Positions 52,182 to 57,684 of a stretch of DNA of 57,684 nt are shown piece after piece; the first letter of the stretch is position 1, and the number at the start of each line of letters is the position of its first letter. Made by a program: the position numbers and the translations under genes. The notes under the pieces are model-generated. The model was not told the origin of the DNA and ran no database searches. It worked only from the letters and a program-made list of their open reading frames with translations. The stretch comes from Clostridiales bacterium (GTDB taxonomy: Bacteria > Bacillota > Clostridia > Saccharofermentanales > Saccharofermentanaceae). The stretch is taken from assembly GCA_017513085.1 (NCBI GenBank), contig JAFWDK010000026.1:1-57684 (forward strand), written 5' to 3'.

Positions 52182-52844
52182 ATGAAATGTCAACGCTGTA
52201 AAGAGAGAGAAGCAAATGTAAAAATCATGAAGCAGACTTCGGGGAAAGCTCCGCAGATGCTGATGTTATGCGATGAGTGCGCTCGTGCGCTGGGGATCTC
52301 CATGCCGGGCAGCCTGGTGGGCGGAAGCCTTTTCGGTGGCGCACTGGGCAGTGCGATGAGTAACCCGCTGGATATATTGGCCAGTGCTTTTGAAGCACCT
52401 TTCGGATTAGGACTGGAGGATGCGATGAGTACCGGAGCCGGCATGACAAAGACATGCCCGACTTGCGGCCTTTCGCTTGGCGAGTTTATGAAGAGTGGCT
52501 TCCTGGGATGCCCGGACTGCTATTCTGCATTCTCCGAGAGGATCGATCCGGTCTTTATGCGAACGCAGATGGGCATGAAGCACGTCGGCCGCCTGCCTGG
52601 AAAAGACGGAGAAAACGTCGCTTTTTCGGATATTCCGGGGAAGACGGAGATCCATGAAGTCGAGACGGATTCGGATGTCCTGATGGAGGATCTTCCGGAG
52701 GAAGAGAAAGAGAAGAAGATGCAGATCCTGAAAAAGGAGAAGTTGCTTAAGAAGGCCGTGGCAGAAGAGGATTATCTTACGGCGGCCAAGTTAAGAGATG
52801 AGATCTCTGCATTGAAAGGCCAGAAGAAGGAGGGAGATGCATGA
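52182..52844 (+). CDS. mcsA: McsA activator (four CxxC + UVR domain)
   Basis: CQRC, CDEC, CPTC, CPDC; H.G..P; E.Y..AA.LRDEI. Confidence 0.9.
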   Translation: MKCQRCKEREANVKIMKQTSGKAPQMLMLCDECARALGISMPGSLVGGSLFGGALGSAMSNPLDILASAFEAPFGLGLEDAMSTGAGMTKTCPTCGLSLGEFMKSGFLGCPDCYSAFSERIDPVFMRTQMGMKHVGRLPGKDGENVAFSDIPGKTEIHEVETDSDVLMEDLPEEEKEKKMQILKKEKLLKKAVAEEDYLTAAKLRDEISALKGQKKEGDA

Positions 52845-53872
52845 GTTGGTATTTAGAAGCCGGTAATGACAGCGACATCGTGCTTTCCAGCCGGATCCGT
52901 CTGGCTAGGAATCTGAAAGGGATGCAATTCCCGCATCGAATGGATGATGAGGAAAGAAAGAAGGTCCTGGGATTTGTCTCGGACGTGCTTCTCAAATATG
53001 AGAAAAACAGTCTGATGCGTATGGATATTGCACCTCTGCCGGAGACGGACAGACGGTCGTTGATCGAGAAGCATCTGATCTCCGAAGATCTGGCGCAGGG
53101 AAAAGAAGGACAGAGTGCTTTTATCTCGCAGGATGAGAACATCAGTGTCATGGTCAACGAAGAAGATCATCTGCGTATCCAGGTCATGGCCCCGGGCTTT
53201 GCTTTGGAGAATACATACAAGCAGGCGGAGGATCTGGCTGTCCATATTGAACAGGCGCTGCCGGTTGCTTTTTCAGAGAAATATGGCTTTCTTACCGCGT
53301 ATCCGAGTAATACCGGAACGGGACTTCGAGCTTCGGTGATGGTGCATCTGCCGATCATTACCAGTCTGGGACGGATGTCCGCTTTGTCGGATTCCCTTTC
53401 CAAAGCGGGATATACCGTACGGGGCGTGTATGGTGAGAAGAGCCAGCCTGCGGGCAATATCTACCAGATCTCGAATACCATCACGCTGGGGATCTCGGAG
53501 AAACAGACGCTGATGAATTTTGCGAAGATGATCAATGAGGTCATTACGCTGGAAAGAAAACTGCGTAGTGATTTTTACGAGAAGAACAAAGAACGTCTGG
53601 AAGACCGGGTGTACCGTTCGCTGGGCGAACTGGAATACGCGAGACTTCTCAGCGCGGGAGAAGCGATGAACCGTCTGAGCGATCTTCGTCTCGGTGTTGC
53701 ATGTAAATTCCTTAAGGAAGTGAATGAGAGGCAATTGATGCTTCTGCTGAATACGATCGGAGATGCTTCGGTGCAGAAGAGATGCGGCGAAGTGCTCCTG
53801 CCCAAAGACATTGATGTGAAGCGGGCGGATTTTGTACGAGAAGTTTTACTTGAAAAGAAAGAGAAGAAGTAA
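52841..53872 (+). CDS. mcsB: Protein-arginine kinase McsB
   Basis: SSRIRLARN, NEEDHLR, GTGLRAS, RG.YGE; operon position. Confidence 0.93.
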   Translation: MSWYLEAGNDSDIVLSSRIRLARNLKGMQFPHRMDDEERKKVLGFVSDVLLKYEKNSLMRMDIAPLPETDRRSLIEKHLISEDLAQGKEGQSAFISQDENISVMVNEEDHLRIQVMAPGFALENTYKQAEDLAVHIEQALPVAFSEKYGFLTAYPSNTGTGLRASVMVHLPIITSLGRMSALSDSLSKAGYTVRGVYGEKSQPAGNIYQISNTITLGISEKQTLMNFAKMINEVITLERKLRSDFYEKNKERLEDRVYRSLGELEYARLLSAGEAMNRLSDLRLGVACKFLKEVNERQLMLLLNTIGDASVQKRCGEVLLPKDIDVKRADFVREVLLEKKEKK

Positions 53873-53886
53873 AGGAGGGATGACCT

Positions 53887-56541
53887 ATGAATATTTCGAA
53901 GAGAACGATGGAAATGTTGAGCCGCGCGCATATGTATGCGGTTTCCTTTAATCTGAATTTTGTCGGTACCGAGCATATTCTCCTGGCGCTGACAGATCCG
54001 AACCTTTCCCCTGTGGATGAGGTCCTGAGTAACTATGGAGTGACGCAAAGCGATGTCATGGATGAGATCATCAAGCTCTCCGGACGCGAACCGGGTGCTT
54101 TTGTCGAAAGAGAAAGTGACGCCAATGAGATCTTTGCACGATGCACCAACCGTTCGAAGAAGATCCTGTTCCTGGCTGACTATGATGCCAGAAAAACAAA
54201 ACTGGATGTAGTGGAACCGGAGCATGTGCTGTTGGCGATCCTGCGTGAAGGCCAATGCACGGCATACAGGATCCTGGAGTACCATGATTTTGATACGAAC
54301 GGTGCGGCAAGTGATCTGGTGAAGATCCTGCGTGAGCGTATCGCCGAGAATACTCCGCTGGACGATGCAGTGGATGAGGACGAAGACGATGAGAATGAAG
54401 AGCGTTCCGAGCAGGACGACATGATCGCCCGTTTCCTGGGAAGAGAGCGCTCGCCGCGTGCTTCCGCGCAGCATAAAGCATCCTCTAAGGAGAGCAACAG
54501 TAAGACGAAAGTGCTGGATAAGTTCTGTAAAGATCTGACAGCGGAGGCTAAGGAAGGACGCATCGATCCGGTTATCGGACGTGAAGAGGAGATCTCGCGG
54601 GTAATGCAGATCCTTGTGAGACGAACGAAGAACAATCCTTGCCTGATCGGTGAGCCGGGTGTCGGTAAGACCGCGATCGCAGAAGGATTGGCGCAGAAGA
54701 TCGTAAATAACGATGTGCCGGACCTTCTTGCCGGAAAGCGTGTCATGTCTTTGGATCTTGCGTCGATGGTCGCAGGAACGAAGTACAGAGGTGATTTTGA
54801 AGAGAGATTCAAGAAAGGCCTTGAGGAAGCAACCAAGGCCGGTGATGTGATCCTTTTCATCGATGAGCTCCACACCATTATGGGTGCCGGAAATGCTGAC
54901 GGCGCAATGGATGCGGCGAATATGCTCAAACCGCTTCTTGCCCGTGGTGATTTGCATGTGATCGGTGCCACGACACTCGATGAGTACAGAAAACACATCG
55001 AGAAGGATTCCGCTCTGGAGCGTCGTTTCCAGCAGGTTCTGGTCAAAGAACCGAGCACGACTGATGCGATACTGATCCTGAAGGGTATCCGCAGTAAATT
55101 TGAGGAGCATCACGGAATCAAGATCCCGGATGATGCGATCGATGCAGCGGTCATCTTGAGCAGCCGCTATATTACGGATCGTTTCCTGCCGGATAAAGCG
55201 ATCGACCTGATCGATGAAGCGGCATCCAGACTCCGTATCAAGAGTTCTACGGAGCCGGACGAGACGAAGAAGGTCGGCGAGCGTATCAATGAGATCATGA
55301 GACTGAAGCAGGAAGCTGTCATGAATCAGGATTTCGAAACCGCACAGAAATTGCGTGATGAGGAAACTACGCTGGAGAAAAAACTCAGTGCGCTTCGTCA
55401 GCAGGTCATCAGTTCCAAGGAGAAGCAGGAGCTTTCGTTGACGCCGGATGACATTGCAGATATCGTGGCGAACTGGACGGGCATTCCGGTCAAGAAGATC
55501 ACGGAGAGTGATGCGGAGCGTCTGAAGAATCTGGAAGAAGAGCTTAAGAAGCGTGTTATCGGTCAGGATGAGGCGGTAACGGCCATCGCCAAGGCGATCC
55601 GTAGAAGCCGTCTGGGTCTTAAAGATCCGAAGCGTCCTTCCGGTTCCTTTATCTTCCTGGGTACTACCGGTGTCGGTAAGACTGAGTTGGCAAAAGCACT
55701 GGCAGAGGTCATGTTCGGTAATGAAAATGCGTTGATCCGTGTAGATATGTCAGAATATATGGAGAAGCACGATGCCGCGAAGCTGATCGGTTCGCCGCCG
55801 GGCTATGTAGGATACGAAGAGGGCGGTCAGCTGACCGAGAAGGTTCGCCGTCAGCCGTATTCGGTAGTGCTTTTCGATGAGATCGAGAAAGCGCATCCGG
55901 AGATCTTCAACTCGATGCTCCAGATCCTGGACGATGGACGTCTGACGGATGGACAGGGCAGAGTCGTTGACTTTAAGAATACGATCATCATCATGACATC
56001 GAATATTGGTGCACGTATGCTGACAACTTCGGCGGGACGTCATATCGGTTTCTCGATCCCGACTGAAAAGAAAGACGATCCGTTCGTAGATGAGGCGGAT
56101 GCCGAGATGCTCTATGGCGGAAAGTCTTATAGCGAAGCGAAAGAGGTCGTTCTTGAAGAACTCAAGAAGGCGTTCAATCCTGAGTTTATCAACCGTGTGG
56201 ATGAGATCATCTTCTTCCGTATGCTGGGCAAGCAGTCCATCCTGAAGATCGTGGATCTTTTGACTGTAAGTCTTTCCAAACGTGTGAACGAACTGGGCAT
56301 CGATATTGAGCTGACCGATGCGGCAAGAGAGCTTCTGGCGAAGAAGGGATACGATCCGCAATATGGTGCAAGACCGCTGAAGCGTGTGATCCAGTCCATG
56401 GTTGAGGATAAATTCTCGGAAGCTTTGTTGGATCGTACGGTTGAGGCCGGTTCGACAGCTCTGGTGGATGTGGAAGGCGAAGAGATCGTGATCCGGAAGA
56501 AAGAGGCAAGGGCTGTTGCCGTGCATGGCACAGAAGAATAA
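53887..56541 (+). CDS. clpC: ATP-dependent Clp protease ATPase ClpC
   Basis: Clp-N repeats, Walker A GEPGVGKT and GTTGVGKT, UVR middle domain, GYVG pore loop, IGF loop. Confidence 0.96.
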   Translation: MNISKRTMEMLSRAHMYAVSFNLNFVGTEHILLALTDPNLSPVDEVLSNYGVTQSDVMDEIIKLSGREPGAFVERESDANEIFARCTNRSKKILFLADYDARKTKLDVVEPEHVLLAILREGQCTAYRILEYHDFDTNGAASDLVKILRERIAENTPLDDAVDEDEDDENEERSEQDDMIARFLGRERSPRASAQHKASSKESNSKTKVLDKFCKDLTAEAKEGRIDPVIGREEEISRVMQILVRRTKNNPCLIGEPGVGKTAIAEGLAQKIVNNDVPDLLAGKRVMSLDLASMVAGTKYRGDFEERFKKGLEEATKAGDVILFIDELHTIMGAGNADGAMDAANMLKPLLARGDLHVIGATTLDEYRKHIEKDSALERRFQQVLVKEPSTTDAILILKGIRSKFEEHHGIKIPDDAIDAAVILSSRYITDRFLPDKAIDLIDEAASRLRIKSSTEPDETKKVGERINEIMRLKQEAVMNQDFETAQKLRDEETTLEKKLSALRQQVISSKEKQELSLTPDDIADIVANWTGIPVKKITESDAERLKNLEEELKKRVIGQDEAVTAIAKAIRRSRLGLKDPKRPSGSFIFLGTTGVGKTELAKALAEVMFGNENALIRVDMSEYMEKHDAAKLIGSPPGYVGYEEGGQLTEKVRRQPYSVVLFDEIEKAHPEIFNSMLQILDDGRLTDGQGRVVDFKNTIIIMTSNIGARMLTTSAGRHIGFSIPTEKKDDPFVDEADAEMLYGGKSYSEAKEVVLEELKKAFNPEFINRVDEIIFFRMLGKQSILKIVDLLTVSLSKRVNELGIDIELTDAARELLAKKGYDPQYGARPLKRVIQSMVEDKFSEALLDRTVEAGSTALVDVEGEEIVIRKKEARAVAVHGTEE

Positions 56542-56567
56542 GCAGTTCCGCTCCTGAATGATTGAGT

Positions 56568-56618
56568 AAAACACCTGCATTCCTTGGCAGTAATAGCGAG
56601 GGAAGCAGGTGTTTTTTT
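56568..56618 (+). terminator. clpC operon terminator
   Basis: aaaacacctgc ... gcaggtgttttttt. Confidence 0.85.
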
Positions 56619-56624
56619 ATGCTA

Positions 56625-56686
56625 TTGACACGAACGAAAGTTCGGTATTATAATGGCGTCAACACTTAAAAACGAACATAGTTTCG
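56625..56686 (+). promoter_or_regulatory. SigA promoter with two LexA (SOS) boxes
   Basis: TTGACA 56625-56630, CGAAC-GAAA-GTTCG 56631-56644, TATAAT 56649-56654, second box CGAAC-ATAG-TTTCG 56673-56686. Confidence 0.88.
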
Positions 56687-56703
56687 ATAAAGGAGGCGTA
56701 AAC

Positions 56704-57522
56704 ATGGATATCGACAATGATCTGGAATATATCTATGACGGCACTTTTGAGGGCTTCCTGTGCTGTATATATGCCAGCCTTACGCGAAGGGAAGTGCCCC
56801 GGCACATTTATGTGGAAACGGGGGTCCCGCTCCTCGGGGAGACGGCCACATGGATCACGACAGACTGGGAACAGGCACAGACTGTTTATGTTTCGTTGAG
56901 CCGGAAGATCGGCATCGAAGCACAGGATATGGTGAAGGAGGCTTTTCTTACACATATGTATGATAGAGAGATGCGCCTTTATCGGTTCATCATGTTGGGC
57001 TACCGTTTGGGCAGGCTGGTGCTTAACGACGAAGAATGGGTCGGGATAGCGGAGGGGACGCCTGCGGGTTATGGACAGAAGATGAGATATATCCCGGATA
57101 TTTATCAGAGGGAGCTGATCCTTCAGGTTTGGGAAGCGGTGAGAAATTATCGTCTGGAGGTTAAGAATGTGGAAGGATCGATGCGGTTCCGTTCCTATAC
57201 TGACGTCATGGTGGCCTGTATCACGCCCCGCAACCGGGTGCTGCCGAGTCTGGCGGAGTTTTTTGAGAAGCGTTTCCGTGAAAGTAATTTTCTGGTCTAT
57301 GACAAGACGCATCAGATGGCAGCGGTGCATCGTCAGGAGGGGACGATGGTGACTCTTATGAAAGAGATAAAACTCCCGGTCCTGTATGATGAGAAGAATG
57401 TTTATGAGAAGCTTTGGCGCTCCTGGTATGACAGGCTTCGTATCGAGCCTCCTCTAAGGGCACACTATGCTCTGAATGAAATGAAGAACAGACTTTGGTG
57501 TGAGATTTCCGATGCCGGATGA
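56704..57522 (+). CDS. TIGR03915/DUF4130-like putative DNA repair protein
   Basis: YIYDGTFEGFLCCIY, G..RF, P...VLP.L...F..RF....F..YD, LW..WY motifs; SD aaggagg; SOS boxes. Confidence 0.85.
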   Translation: MDIDNDLEYIYDGTFEGFLCCIYASLTRREVPRHIYVETGVPLLGETATWITTDWEQAQTVYVSLSRKIGIEAQDMVKEAFLTHMYDREMRLYRFIMLGYRLGRLVLNDEEWVGIAEGTPAGYGQKMRYIPDIYQRELILQVWEAVRNYRLEVKNVEGSMRFRSYTDVMVACITPRNRVLPSLAEFFEKRFRESNFLVYDKTHQMAAVHRQEGTMVTLMKEIKLPVLYDEKNVYEKLWRSWYDRLRIEPPLRAHYALNEMKNRLWCEISDAG

Positions 57523-57544
57523 AAGAAAAGAGGGACTTCAACCG

Positions 57545-57684
57545 TGATATGTACCCTCCTTACTGGACAAACAGTAAGGAGGGTATTTTTATGCGTTACA
57601 GTAAAGAATTCAAATTAAAGTGTGTGAAATTATACCGGCAAGGAGAATATCCCAAAACACCAGATAATATCTCTTCTAGATGCT
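57545..57684 (+). mobile_element. Left end of an IS3-family insertion sequence (truncated by window end)
   Basis: Begins TG (tgatatgtaccctcc...), subterminal hairpin, then orfA-like MRYSKEFKLKCVKLYRQGEYPKTP; AT-richer than flank. Confidence 0.75.
57591..57684 (+). CDS. IS3-family transposase OrfA N-terminus (partial)
   Basis: YS.EFK...V HTH start; SD aaggagg; open to window end. Confidence 0.7.
   Translation, partial: MRYSKEFKLKCVKLYRQGEYPKTPDNISSRC

Overview
Chromosomal window of a Clostridia-type Firmicute. The taxonomy is inferred from the CtsR/HrcA/LexA operators and DUF4214-anchored surface proteins, and a rumen/gut Saccharofermentans-like organism is only a guess. The core genes are hsp20 (CIRCE-controlled), gdhA, cysK, nadB-nadC-maf, manA, rpoB-rpoC and ctsR-mcsA-mcsB-clpC. 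There is also an SOS-boxed TIGR03915-like gene and the left end of an IS3-family element at the window edge. A polyamine pathway (speD-speA // speE-speB-CASDH // nspC) is split into three blocks by an antisense 3.6 kb surface enzyme gene and by a TetR + rifampin-phosphotransferase-like kinase module. It is preceded by a ~290 nt structured leader that is a candidate ldcC-type RNA. The most unusual locus is 6.5-12.3 kb: three paralogous exported Ig-like-domain proteins, each preceded by the same TGTAA(C/T)-N17-GTT promoter-like motif. A decayed 3' remnant of a fourth copy is present, and the array surrounds a DUF2975/HTH/DUF4153 cassette. No tRNA, rRNA or CRISPR array was seen. Family names come from motif recognition by eye, not from database searches.
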